From Patescibacteria group bacterium (GTDB lineage: Bacteria; Patescibacteriota; Minisyncoccia; Phycocordibacterales; WO2-35-19), in the NCBI GenBank assembly GCA_038064735.1, contig JBBTSI010000011.1, forward strand, positions 1,768 through 65,767: a DNA stretch of 64,000 bases. Direction: 5' to 3'. Positions 45,136 to 54,756 of the stretch are shown piece by piece. Every line of letters begins with the position of its first letter. Positions within the stretch are counted from its first letter, which is position 1. A program made the position numbers and the translations under genes. Below the pieces are notes generated by a model. The model was not told the origin of the DNA. It saw only the letters and a program-made list of their open reading frames with translations, and ran no database searches.

Positions 45136-46071
45136 ATGGAAAATAAAGCATCAGCGAAAGACTTCTTCCTCCACCTTGGAGCTATCGTGGGACTTTACAC
45201 TGTCACGATAAGTTTTATAAATCTGCTTTTCAAAGTTATCAACAAAGCTTTCCCGGAAGTAACTTCAAATATTTATTCTTGGGGCGGAGGTTCGGAAATC
45301 AGTTTACCAATAGCCACCCTTATTATCTTTTTCCCTATTTTCGTTTTTCTTTCACAAATGGTCCACAAAATTTATATTGAAAATCCGGCGAAAAAAGATT
45401 TGGCTATCAGGAAGTGGCTGACTTATATCACGCTCTTCGTAGCCGGTATTGCTTTAGCGGCAGACTTGGTAACAGTTCTTTACAAATTTTTGGACGGCCA
45501 AGATTTGACCGCCGCATTTTTACTCAAAGCTCTCACGGTACTTTTGGTAGCTGGAATAATTTTTTGGTTTTACATTCAAGACATCCGCGATAAAGTTTCC
45601 GCCGGCAGTAGGAAAATTTGGAGTATGGGTGTCGGTCTAATAATTTTAGTTGCTATCATTTTAGGATTTTCCGTACTTGGTTCTCCTCAAAGCCAAAGAC
45701 TGGTCAGATATGATGCTCAAAAAATTACCGATCTCCAAAATATCCAATATCAAGTGATAAGCTACTGGCAAACAAACGGCAAATTGCCGACAAGTTTGAG
45801 TGATGTGGCCTCATCTGATCAATACAATATCATTCCCAAAGATCCCCAAACTCAAACCACTTACGAATATCAAAAAACTGATGTGATGACTTTCAACCTC
45901 TGTGCCGAATTCAATAAAGAAAATCTAAATGTTCAAAATTTTGGTGACTTTGGACCTGTTTATGGCAAAGGTGAAATAATTCAAAACACCAACTGGAACC
46001 ACAGTGCCGGTCGCCAATGCTTCACTCGTGTCATCGACCCAGTAGCTTATCCAACTCAGGTGAGGGGATAG
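45136..46071 (+). CDS. Membrane protein, hypothetical (4-5 TM plus a C-terminal soluble domain).
   Basis: 311-aa intact ORF with no identifiable catalytic motif. Confidence 0.45.
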   Translation: MENKASAKDFFLHLGAIVGLYTVTISFINLLFKVINKAFPEVTSNIYSWGGGSEISLPIATLIIFFPIFVFLSQMVHKIYIENPAKKDLAIRKWLTYITLFVAGIALAADLVTVLYKFLDGQDLTAAFLLKALTVLLVAGIIFWFYIQDIRDKVSAGSRKIWSMGVGLIILVAIILGFSVLGSPQSQRLVRYDAQKITDLQNIQYQVISYWQTNGKLPTSLSDVASSDQYNIIPKDPQTQTTYEYQKTDVMTFNLCAEFNKENLNVQNFGDFGPVYGKGEIIQNTNWNHSAGRQCFTRVIDPVAYPTQVRG

Positions 46072-46101
46072 TTTTAAATTTCTAATTGACCTAATTGCTC
46101 T

Positions 46102-46134
46102 AAACGGCTCAACGACAACTATCGTTGAGCCGTT
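46102..46134 (+). terminator. Terminator hairpin sharing an identical 12-bp stem with 14439..14474.
   Basis: aacggctcaacg-acaactat-cgttgagccgtt, then CGGGTTTTTGTTG. Confidence 0.5.
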
Positions 46135-46159
46135 CGGGTTTTTGTTGTATATTATATTT

Positions 46160-48496
46160 ATGCAACCATACGACCCAGCCAAAATTGAAAAAAAGTGGCA
46201 AGCAGTTTGGGAGAAGAAAAAAGTCTTTCAGGCGCAAGATAGTGGCAAAAAACCTAAATACTACATATTAGATATGTTTCCATATCCTTCAGGAGAAGGT
46301 CTCCATGTAGGCCACCCCAAAGGTTATATCGCGACAGATGTAATGTCTCGTGCCAAAAGAATGCAAGGATTCAACGTCCTACATCCGATGGGTTTTGACG
46401 CATTCGGTCTGCCTGCTGAAAATTATGCTATCGCAACTAAAACTAACCCGGATGTTGCTGTAAAAAAGAATGTTGCCAGATTTAAAAAACAACTCGAGAT
46501 TATCGGTCTTGATTATGATTGGTCGCGAGAAATAAATACTACTGACCCCAAATATTATAAATGGACTCAATGGATTTTCCTCAAACTTTTAGAAAAAGGT
46601 TTGGCATATGAATCAAACGAGCCTGTCAACTGGTGTCCTAAAGATAAAACTGTTTTATCTAACGAAGATGTAGAAAACGGCAAATGCGAAAGATGTGGCA
46701 CTGTCGTAGAAAAAAAACCAATGCGACAATGGGTTTTGAAAATTACAGCTTACGCCGACCAAATGTTAAAAGATCTTGATTTGCTCGATTGGCCAGAAGC
46801 TATCAAAGAAAGTCAGAGAAATTGGATAGGGAAGTCAGAAGGGGCGGAAGTAGATTTCAAAATGAAAAACAGAACTGAAGTAATAAAAGTATTCACAACC
46901 AGAATAGATACTTTAATGGGTGCTACTTATGTCGTACTGGCACCAGAACATGAATTGATTTCAAAATTAAAACCTCAGATTGAAAATTGGGAAGAGATAG
47001 AAAAATACAGACAAGAAGTAAAGAAAAAAACTGAAATAGAAAGAACTAACGAAGAAAAAGAAAAAACCGGAGCGAAAATCAAAGGAGTGAAAGCGGTCAA
47101 TCCTGCAAACGGAGAAGAAATCCCAATCTGGATAGCAGATTATGTCCTAAATAATTATGGAACGGGAGCTATAATGGCTGTACCATCACACGATGAGAGA
47201 GATTTGGCTTTTGCTAAAAAATACAATTTACCAATAAAAGAAATCACTCTTGATTGGAGCCTTTTAGAAAAATTTGGGAAAAAAGTAGTGAAATTTAAAT
47301 TGCGGGATTGGGTTTTTAGCAGACAGAGATACTGGGGCGAGCCAATACCAGTTTTACATGACGGCGAAAATATTGTGCCTTTATCAGAAAAAGATTTACC
47401 ACTTGAATTACCAAAAGTAAAATCATATGAACCATCTGGGACGGGAGAATCACCTCTCGCAAACATTTCAAAATGGGTCAATATTAAAATCGGCAAAGGT
47501 AAAAATGCAAAAATGATGAGGAGGGAAACAAACACCATGCCACAGTGGGCAGGATCTTCTTGGTATTACCTTCGTTATATGGACCCAAAAAACAATAAAG
47601 CATTGGTTGATTCAAAAAAAGAAAAATACTGGAACTCTGTTGATATGTATGTTGGTGGCGCAGAACATGCAACCAGACATCTTATATATGCAAGATTTTG
47701 GCATAAATTTCTTTTTGATATTGGAGTAGTTTCCACCAAAGAGCCTTTCAAAAAATTACAAAGTGTAGGGCTCATAATGGGAGCGGACGGAAGAAAGATG
47801 TCAAAAAGATTTGGTAACGTCATAAATCCTGACAACATCATTAAAACTTTTGGCGCCGACACTCTGCGTGTTTACGAAATGTTCATGGGACCGTTTGACC
47901 AGGCGATACCTTGGGGTGAAGACAATATTATTGGTGTCAGAAGATTCCTTGAGAGAGTTTGGAAATTGCAATTCAAGATTTCTAAAACTGCCAAAGCCAG
48001 TGAAAAGTTTGAAACTTTACTACATAAAACTATCAAAAAAGTTGGGGAAGATATTGAGTCTATGAGCTTCAACACGGCTATTTCTAGTATGATGATTTTG
48101 ACCAACGAAATGGATAAACAAAAAGAAATTTCCAAAGAAGATTTTGGAGCATTTTTGAAGATTCTCTCGCCATTTGCCCCTCATATCGCCGAAGAAATTT
48201 GGGCAAATTTAGGCAACCCCACTTCGCAAAAGCTTCGCGGGACAGGTAAAGCCCTCATTGCAACCGAAAGTTGGCCGGAGTTTGATAAAAACAAGATTAT
48301 TGAAGACAAAACAAATATCGTAGTTCAAATAAATGGAAAGGTCCGCGCCCAGTTTGAAGCTGAGATTGGTATTTCTGAATCGGAGGCTAAAAATAAAGCT
48401 ATTTCTATGCCAGAGGTTCAAAAATGGTTAGAAGGAAAGGAAGTAAAAAAGGTGATTTTCGTACCCAACAAAATCATTAATTTCGTGGTATTGTAA
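46160..48496 (+). CDS. leuS: Leucine--tRNA ligase.
   Basis: PYPSGEGLHVGHPKGY (HIGH), the CP1 editing domain, and KMSKRFGN (KMSKS). Confidence 0.9.
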   Translation: MQPYDPAKIEKKWQAVWEKKKVFQAQDSGKKPKYYILDMFPYPSGEGLHVGHPKGYIATDVMSRAKRMQGFNVLHPMGFDAFGLPAENYAIATKTNPDVAVKKNVARFKKQLEIIGLDYDWSREINTTDPKYYKWTQWIFLKLLEKGLAYESNEPVNWCPKDKTVLSNEDVENGKCERCGTVVEKKPMRQWVLKITAYADQMLKDLDLLDWPEAIKESQRNWIGKSEGAEVDFKMKNRTEVIKVFTTRIDTLMGATYVVLAPEHELISKLKPQIENWEEIEKYRQEVKKKTEIERTNEEKEKTGAKIKGVKAVNPANGEEIPIWIADYVLNNYGTGAIMAVPSHDERDLAFAKKYNLPIKEITLDWSLLEKFGKKVVKFKLRDWVFSRQRYWGEPIPVLHDGENIVPLSEKDLPLELPKVKSYEPSGTGESPLANISKWVNIKIGKGKNAKMMRRETNTMPQWAGSSWYYLRYMDPKNNKALVDSKKEKYWNSVDMYVGGAEHATRHLIYARFWHKFLFDIGVVSTKEPFKKLQSVGLIMGADGRKMSKRFGNVINPDNIIKTFGADTLRVYEMFMGPFDQAIPWGEDNIIGVRRFLERVWKLQFKISKTAKASEKFETLLHKTIKKVGEDIESMSFNTAISSMMILTNEMDKQKEISKEDFGAFLKILSPFAPHIAEEIWANLGNPTSQKLRGTGKALIATESWPEFDKNKIIEDKTNIVVQINGKVRAQFEAEIGISESEAKNKAISMPEVQKWLEGKEVKKVIFVPNKIINFVVL

Positions 48497-48578
48497 CAAA
48501 ATTTGACAAAAAATCGGTCTGTGATATTGTGGAATGTATCAAATATATAAAAATAGTCGTCACAATTAATTAATAATT

Positions 48579-49646
48579 TTGAATAATTACATGAAAAAAG
48601 AAGTCGCCAAAAATAAAATATTTACTCTTTCTTTCAACCCTAAACAAGTTGTCAAAAAGCTTTTGAGTTCTTTGCCTGACAGAGCACAAGATGTCATCGT
48701 TGGCAGATTTGGATTAAATGCAACTGGCGACGATATGACTTTGGAAGCTATCGGCAAAAAATATGGTATCACCCGCGAAAGAGTCAGGCAGATAGAGAAT
48801 TATGCTATCAATCATATCCGCAAAGCTGACACTTTTGAAAAAGAATCTGTCGTCTTTGATGAACTTAAAGCTACTGTGAGCAAAATGGGAGGAGTGGTTT
48901 CCGAAAACGATTTGCTAGAACATTTAGGTAAAGATACTGTCACTAAAAAATACATTCACTTCCTTTTGGTAGTTGGTGACGATTTTAATAAAATAAAAGA
49001 AGATGTAGAATTTAAACATCATTGGCATGTAGACAAAGAATTGGCTGAAAAAATCCACGGGGCACTTCGCGACCTTTATACCAAACTCGGTGATGATGAA
49101 ATTATTCCTGAATCAGAAATTGTAAATTCTTTCCTTGGTCATTTGAAAGAAATTTCTGAAGATTACAAACAAGACGAAATACTCACTCGCTGGCTTGCTA
49201 TTTCCAAAAACATCGCCAAAAATCCGCTCGGCGAATGGGGCAAATCCAAATCTTCAAACATCAAAACTAAAGGTGTACGCGATTATGCATACCTTATATT
49301 GCGCAGACATGGAAGCCCGATACATTTCCGTGAAGTTGCCAAACTTATAAGTGAAGTTTTTGATAAAAAAGCTCACGTCGCTACTACCCACAACGAACTC
49401 ATTAAAGATTCTCGTTTCGTACTAGTTGGCCGAGGTCTCTACGCTCTCAAAGAATGGGGTTACTCAACTGGTGTCGTCAGAGATGTCATCAGAGAAATCC
49501 TCAAGAAAAACAGCCCGCTTTCCAAAGAAGAAGTTTTGGAAAAAGTAATGAAAGAGCGCTATGTCAAACCCAACACTGTCATGGTCAACCTTCAAAACCC
49601 AAAATACTTCAAAAAGAATAAGCAAGGATTGTACACGGTAGTATAA
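48579..49646 (+). CDS. Sigma-70 region-4-type HTH protein with a C-terminal HARE-HTH-like winged helix; putative transcription factor.
   Basis: TLEAIGKKYGITRERVRQIENYAINHIRK. C-terminal HFREVAKLISEV ... FVLVGRGLYALKEWGY resembles the RNA polymerase delta / HARE-HTH fold. Confidence 0.5.
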   Translation: MNNYMKKEVAKNKIFTLSFNPKQVVKKLLSSLPDRAQDVIVGRFGLNATGDDMTLEAIGKKYGITRERVRQIENYAINHIRKADTFEKESVVFDELKATVSKMGGVVSENDLLEHLGKDTVTKKYIHFLLVVGDDFNKIKEDVEFKHHWHVDKELAEKIHGALRDLYTKLGDDEIIPESEIVNSFLGHLKEISEDYKQDEILTRWLAISKNIAKNPLGEWGKSKSSNIKTKGVRDYAYLILRRHGSPIHFREVAKLISEVFDKKAHVATTHNELIKDSRFVLVGRGLYALKEWGYSTGVVRDVIREILKKNSPLSKEEVLEKVMKERYVKPNTVMVNLQNPKYFKKNKQGLYTVV

Positions 49647-49681
49647 TTTTCAATTTTCAATTCATATAGTATAATTACTAT

Positions 49682-50926
49682 ATGTCTGGTTTTATACCCC
49701 CTGAAATTTGGAATGGATTTCTCTTGGCATTTAAATATGTTTATATAGGATTACCAATTTGGTTGCCGGCGATTTTTTTGATGATGCTGTTCAATGCTTT
49801 CCTATATTATAAAAGATTGAAATATTGGCAAAAAGAAGGTTCTGTTTTACTCGAAATAAAATTACCAAAAGAAATATCAAAATCACCAGCCGCTATGGAA
49901 GCGGTTTTAGGAGCTTTACATCAAACCGGAAAAGAAGGTACTTGGGTAGACAGGATTTGGAAAGGCCAAACTAGGCCTTGGTTTTCATTGGAAATAATTT
50001 CGGAAGGAGGTAACATCAGATTTTTCATTTGGACCAAACTTGCACACCGTAACCCCGTCGAAGCCCATATATATTCTCAATATCCCGGTGTAGAAATTTA
50101 CGAAGTAGAAGATTATTCCAAACCTTTTTATTACGACCCAGAAAAATTTTCAGCTTGGATTGGAGGTTTCGCCCTCACTACCAAAGATGCTTATCCTATA
50201 AAAACTTATATTGACTATGGACTAGAAAAAGATCCAAAAGAAGAATTCAAAGTTGACCCAATGACTCCCCTTATTGAATTTTTAGGATCAATCACTGCTG
50301 GACAAAATATTTGGATTCAAATATTAATACGTGGTCATAAAAAAAGAAGATTTTACGAAGTTTTTGGTGAAAAAGAAGACACATGGAAAGATGAGGCTAA
50401 AAATGAAATCAAGGAAATCATAGAGAAACTAAAAACCGAAGGTAGCAACTTCCCCAGAATCATGACCGAGGGAGAAAGGAACAAAGTAGCCGCCCTAGAG
50501 AGAAGTGTCGCCAAATTTCCTTTTGATTGTGGAATCAGAGCTATTTATCTAACCGAAAAAGACAAATTTAATCCAGCAAATATCGGCGGTATTATTGGTG
50601 TTTGGAAACAATTTAGCTCTCCTGAACTCAACGGCTTCAAGCCCAATGGTTGGCACGCTCTTTTTGATTACCCTTGGGAGGAGTGGTTTAATGCCAAAGA
50701 AAAACTTATTCCAAAATTCTTGGACGAATACAAATTGCGCAGATTTTTTCACTCTCCTTTGAAACATAAAAAAGTTTGGGGCAAAGATGTTTATAATAAA
50801 CAAATAATCTTAAACACCGAAGAACTAGCGACTATTTTCCACTTCCCAGGAGCCATTGCTAGTACCCCTACTCTTGAAAAAATCCCTTCACTCAAATCAA
50901 AAGCACCATCAAATCTGCCTATCTAA
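49682..50926 (+). CDS. Membrane-anchored hypothetical protein, 414 aa.
   Basis: N-terminal 2-TM region plus a large soluble domain. Function unknown. Confidence 0.45.
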   Translation: MSGFIPPEIWNGFLLAFKYVYIGLPIWLPAIFLMMLFNAFLYYKRLKYWQKEGSVLLEIKLPKEISKSPAAMEAVLGALHQTGKEGTWVDRIWKGQTRPWFSLEIISEGGNIRFFIWTKLAHRNPVEAHIYSQYPGVEIYEVEDYSKPFYYDPEKFSAWIGGFALTTKDAYPIKTYIDYGLEKDPKEEFKVDPMTPLIEFLGSITAGQNIWIQILIRGHKKRRFYEVFGEKEDTWKDEAKNEIKEIIEKLKTEGSNFPRIMTEGERNKVAALERSVAKFPFDCGIRAIYLTEKDKFNPANIGGIIGVWKQFSSPELNGFKPNGWHALFDYPWEEWFNAKEKLIPKFLDEYKLRRFFHSPLKHKKVWGKDVYNKQIILNTEELATIFHFPGAIASTPTLEKIPSLKSKAPSNLPI

Positions 50927-50933
50927 AATCGTT

Positions 50934-52007
50934 ATGAATTTTTGGTTAAAGTTAAAAGAAAAAGTGGCTGTTTTGCTTGAGCGTGAATCAAGCCATGTCC
51001 AGCTCATCGCTTGGCGAAATCGTGTCACCAAAATAGTAGTATTTTTTGATAAAAATATTCTAAAAATATTGGCTGGTGCTCTTTTGTTATTATTTTTTAT
51101 TTCCATATTTTATTTTTTGGCTTGGCGCGCACCAAGAGGTTTCCCTGATCAAGCTCTCGTCACAGTTGAAAAAGGTGAATCTCTTTCTCAGGTGGCCACT
51201 TCTTTTGAAGAAAAGAAAATTATCCGTTCCGATTTTTGGCTCAAAGCAATCATTTTCATTATGGGCGGTCAAAAAAGAGTAGTGGCTGGGGATTATTATT
51301 TCCCTTCATCAGTAAATGTTTTCAGAGTAGCAACCATGATCCACAACGGAAAATTTGGTCTAATTTCTATCAAAGTTACCATTCCCGAAGGATCTTCTTC
51401 TTATGAGATTGCTGAAATTTTAAAAAAAGAAATACCAAGTTTTGATTCCAAAGGATTCACCAGTGAAGTTACAGACAATAATTACGAAGGTTTCCTTTTT
51501 CCTGATACTTATTTCTTTACTCCCAATGTCAAAGCTCTCGACGTGATATTGATGATGCGGGAAAATTTCGCCAGACAAATAGATCCTTACAAAGAAGATA
51601 TTTTAAAATCTAAGAAATCGCTCAATGATATAGTTATCATGGCTTCGATTGTAGAAGATGAATCCAATAGTTCACAAGAAAACAAAAGAATTGTGGCAGG
51701 AATTTTGTGGGAAAGATTGCGTTTGAAGATGCCTCTCCAAGTTGATTCTGCTTTTCAATATTACAACGGTAAAAATTCTTACACTTTAACCAAAACAGAC
51801 TTAGCGGAAGATCACCCTTACAACACTTACGTCAACAAAGGCTTACCACCAACAGCAATCACTAACCCAGGAATTGAATCTATCAAGGCAGCTATTGCTC
51901 CAACTCAAACTAAATATTTATATTTCTTATCAGACAAAAAAGGCAATATGTACTATGCCAAAGATTTTGAAGAACATAAATTAAATAGAGAGCTTTATTT
52001 GAATTGA
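50934..52007 (+). CDS. mltG: Endolytic murein transglycosylase MltG (YceG-like).
   Basis: TM anchor, YceG core GILWERLRLKMPLQVDSAFQY ... DHPYNTYVNKGLPPTAI. Confidence 0.8.
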   Translation: MNFWLKLKEKVAVLLERESSHVQLIAWRNRVTKIVVFFDKNILKILAGALLLLFFISIFYFLAWRAPRGFPDQALVTVEKGESLSQVATSFEEKKIIRSDFWLKAIIFIMGGQKRVVAGDYYFPSSVNVFRVATMIHNGKFGLISIKVTIPEGSSSYEIAEILKKEIPSFDSKGFTSEVTDNNYEGFLFPDTYFFTPNVKALDVILMMRENFARQIDPYKEDILKSKKSLNDIVIMASIVEDESNSSQENKRIVAGILWERLRLKMPLQVDSAFQYYNGKNSYTLTKTDLAEDHPYNTYVNKGLPPTAITNPGIESIKAAIAPTQTKYLYFLSDKKGNMYYAKDFEEHKLNRELYLN

Positions 52008-52030
52008 TTTTTCTGATACATTGTGTGCCT

Positions 52031-53239
52031 ATGAAAAAAGTGAATATAATTCATCCTGAGAAAAGTCGAATGGTATTTGTGGGATTATCTGGAGGTGTAG
52101 ACAGCGCTGTAAGTGCCGCTTTACTCAAAAAAGACGGTTTCAATGTGACCGGAGTTTTTATCAAAGCTTGGACTCCCGAGGGTTATCCTTGCACTTGGAA
52201 AGAAGACAGGCGAAGCGCGATGAAAGTAGCGGCTATTTTGGATATTCCTTTTATCACACTTGATTTGGAAAAAGAATACAAAAAAGAAGTAGTGGACTAT
52301 ATGATCGCTGAATACAAAACCGGACGAACACCAAACCCCGATGTGATGTGTAACAAAGAAATCAAGTTTGGTCATTTCTTAAAATTCGCCCTAAAAAATG
52401 GTGCCAATTTCGTAGCCACGGGACACTACGCACAAATATCACACTCAAAGTTGCCCAGAAAAGTTCTCGAGAAAAGTCTGGCCTGTGCAACAAGGAGACC
52501 CGAGGACTTTTCAGAGAGAAGCTTTTCTGGGCAACTTTTAGAAGGAAAAGACAAAAATAAAGACCAGAGTTATTTTTTATGGACTCTTACTCAAGAACAA
52601 CTTAAACATATTTTATTTCCAATTGGTGGTTTACAAAAATCTGAAGTCAGAAAACTGGCAGACAAATTTGGTTTGCCTCAAGCTACTCGCAAAGATAGCC
52701 AAGGACTCTGTTTTCTCGGCAAAGTGGATATGAAAGAATTTTTGTCACGTTATATGCCACCCCAAAAAGGAAACGTAATAAACGAAAATGAGGAAATTAT
52801 CGGCACACATAACGGCGCTTTATTTTTTACTATCGGTGAACGCCATGGCTTCACCATCACCAAAAAATCTGAAAAAGAAGAACCTCTATATGTTACCGCT
52901 AAAAATATTGAAAAAAATACCATCATGGTTGCTTCCATCGCCAGAAAAAAATTGCCCCTGAAAAAGTCCTCGGGTCTCCTCGCTGAAGCTCGGCCAGACT
53001 TTTCCATTGACAATTTTCTTTCTGGCTGCAGTTCTGTGTTTTTAAAAGATATAAATATTACAGAGAAAATACCAAACAAAAACCTGACTTGCCGTATCAG
53101 ATACAGACAAGAAAAAATCGGATGTAAAATGGATAGAGATAAAGTAACTTTTAACAAATCCCAAATGGGAGTGGCTCCAGGCCAATCTCTAGTTTTATAT
53201 CAAGATGAAGTTTGTTTAGGTGGTGGTATAATAAAATAA
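52031..53239 (+). CDS. mnmA: tRNA-specific 2-thiouridylase MnmA, carrying two in-frame repeat insertions.
   Basis: PP-loop GLSGGVDSAV, TGRTPNPDVMCNKEIKF, KDQSYFLW, and C-terminal PGQSLVLYQDEVCLGGGII. Confidence 0.85.
   Translation: MKKVNIIHPEKSRMVFVGLSGGVDSAVSAALLKKDGFNVTGVFIKAWTPEGYPCTWKEDRRSAMKVAAILDIPFITLDLEKEYKKEVVDYMIAEYKTGRTPNPDVMCNKEIKFGHFLKFALKNGANFVATGHYAQISHSKLPRKVLEKSLACATRRPEDFSERSFSGQLLEGKDKNKDQSYFLWTLTQEQLKHILFPIGGLQKSEVRKLADKFGLPQATRKDSQGLCFLGKVDMKEFLSRYMPPQKGNVINENEEIIGTHNGALFFTIGERHGFTITKKSEKEEPLYVTAKNIEKNTIMVASIARKKLPLKKSSGLLAEARPDFSIDNFLSGCSSVFLKDINITEKIPNKNLTCRIRYRQEKIGCKMDRDKVTFNKSQMGVAPGQSLVLYQDEVCLGGGIIK
52451..52534. repeat. 84-nt palindromic element with 13-bp terminal inverted repeats, inserted in frame in mnmA.
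   Basis: TTGCCCAGAAAAG ... CTTTTCTGGGCAA flank a nested inner palindrome GAAAAGTC ... GACTTTTC. It encodes LPRKVLEKSLACATRRPEDFSERSFSGQ. Excision restores E. coli-like spacing between GHY and LLEGKDKNKDQSYF. Confidence 0.8.
52951..53004. repeat. 54-nt truncated copy of the same element in inverted orientation, also in frame in mnmA.
   Basis: Its reverse complement aligns with the inner part of 52451..52534, sharing GAAAAGTCTGGCC ... GGAGACCCGAGGACTTTT. Confidence 0.7.
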
Positions 53240-53242
53240 TGA

Positions 53243-53306
53243 ATCCCGTTAGAAATTTATGGGATTATAAAGTAAAAAGAAATATTAATAGTTATTTCTA
53301 ACGGGA
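53243..53306. promoter_or_regulatory. 14-bp inverted repeat whose right arm overlaps the RBS and start codon of the next gene.
   Basis: aatcccgttagaaat at 53243-53257 pairs with atttctaacgggat at 53290-53303. The ATG is at 53306. Confidence 0.35.
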
Positions 53307-54136
53307 TGAATAATAAATACATTATAAAAGCGACTGGTGAAAGAGAGGAATTTAATCCTCAAAAATTACAAGATTCTTTGATGCGAGCCGGAGCCAGCGA
53401 AGAAGAAGTTAATAGTATTGTTGAAAAAATAGAAAAAGAACTCCAAGACGGTGCCAGCACTAAAGATATTTATATACATGCCTTTAAACTTTTGAAAAAA
53501 GAAGGGAGTCAGGCAACACCAAGATATTCACTTCGCCGAGCAGTAATGGAACTTGGGCCAACTGGTTTTCCTTTTGAACAATTTGTTGCTGAAATATTCC
53601 GCACTAAAGGTTTTGAAACTCAAACTGACTTCATTGCTCAAGGTCAGTGTGCCGAACACGAAGTTGATATAGTCGCATGGAATAATGACAAACTTATAAT
53701 GGTAGAAGCTAAATTCCATAACGAACTCGGTATTAAATCCGATTTAAAAGTAGCGCTTTACGTCAATTCTCGTTGGGAAGATTTGGCAGAATCAACCTTC
53801 AATTTCGGTAAAGAAAGAAAATTAGATGAAGGTTGGCTTATCACCAATACCAAATTTTCCGAATCAGCTGTAAATTACGCCAAATGCAGAAATATGAAGT
53901 TAGTCGGCTGGAACTATCCAGAAAAGGGCAACCTGCAAGATTTAATAGAAGAAGCTAATTTGCACCCTATCACTTGCCTCAACTCAAGTACCCCTAGTGA
54001 TGAAAAGCTTTTGATGGAAGCCGGTATCGTACTTTGCAAACAAGCCCGCGACAATCCTGATATTTTAAAACAAGCTGGTCTCTCTCCAGAAAAAATTGCA
54101 AAAATGATGACAGAAATTGATTTGATACAAAAATAA
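53306..54136 (+). CDS. ATP-cone domain fused to a Mrr-like PD-(D/E)xK restriction-endonuclease-fold domain.
   Basis: The ATP-cone reads YIIKATGEREEFNPQKLQDSLMRAGA. The nuclease core reads FEQFVAEIFRTKGFE ... HEVDIVAW ... IMVEAKFH. Confidence 0.5.
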   Translation: MNNKYIIKATGEREEFNPQKLQDSLMRAGASEEEVNSIVEKIEKELQDGASTKDIYIHAFKLLKKEGSQATPRYSLRRAVMELGPTGFPFEQFVAEIFRTKGFETQTDFIAQGQCAEHEVDIVAWNNDKLIMVEAKFHNELGIKSDLKVALYVNSRWEDLAESTFNFGKERKLDEGWLITNTKFSESAVNYAKCRNMKLVGWNYPEKGNLQDLIEEANLHPITCLNSSTPSDEKLLMEAGIVLCKQARDNPDILKQAGLSPEKIAKMMTEIDLIQK

Positions 54137-54754
54137 ATGGAAGAAAAAAAAGAATTGATGCGACAAATCAAAGATGAAGTAGTGGATTTGAAAAAGTCGC
54201 CACTTTATAAATATCGCACTGAAAATAATTATTTACCAGTAATAGGCGAGGGGAGTCACAATGCCAAAATAATGTTTATCGGCGAAGCTCCGGGTCGCAA
54301 TGAAGCCAAAACTGGCCGGCCTTTCTGCGGTGCCGCTGGTAGAGTCTTGGACCAGCTTTTAGAAAACGCAGGAATCAAAAGAGAAGAAGTTTATATCACC
54401 AACATCGTCAAAGACCGCCCGCCCGAAAATCGCGACCCAAGTCCTGAAGAAATCAAAATTTACGGACCGTTTTTGGATAGGCAAATAGAAATCATCCAGC
54501 CCAAAATCATCGCCACCCTCGGCCGTTACGCGATGGGTTATGTCATGACCAAATTAAGCTTGGAAGATAAGCTTGAACCCATAGGTAAAATGCATGGCCG
54601 AGTTTTTGCTGTGCCAGAAGAAGCCTTAGCGAAGTTGGGATACAAAGGTTGTGAAGTCAAAGTCGTGCCTCTCTATCACCCTTGTGTCGCCGTCTACAAT
54701 CCACACAATCTCGATTCTCTCAAAAAAGAATTTGAAGTTTTGAAAGATTTGTAA
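54137..54754 (+). CDS. Uracil-DNA glycosylase, family 4.
   Basis: MFIGEAPGRNEAKTGRPFCGAAGRVLDQLL ... the C-terminus carries an HPC motif. Confidence 0.8.
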   Translation: MEEKKELMRQIKDEVVDLKKSPLYKYRTENNYLPVIGEGSHNAKIMFIGEAPGRNEAKTGRPFCGAAGRVLDQLLENAGIKREEVYITNIVKDRPPENRDPSPEEIKIYGPFLDRQIEIIQPKIIATLGRYAMGYVMTKLSLEDKLEPIGKMHGRVFAVPEEALAKLGYKGCEVKVVPLYHPCVAVYNPHNLDSLKKEFEVLKDL

Positions 54755-54756
54755 AT

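Noticed and set aside
52750-53157. Minus-strand 135-aa ORF inside mnmA that reads SGRASARRPEDFF.
   Set aside because: It is antisense to mnmA. Its peptide resembles the + strand insert peptide only because the second element copy is inverted. It is not a gene.
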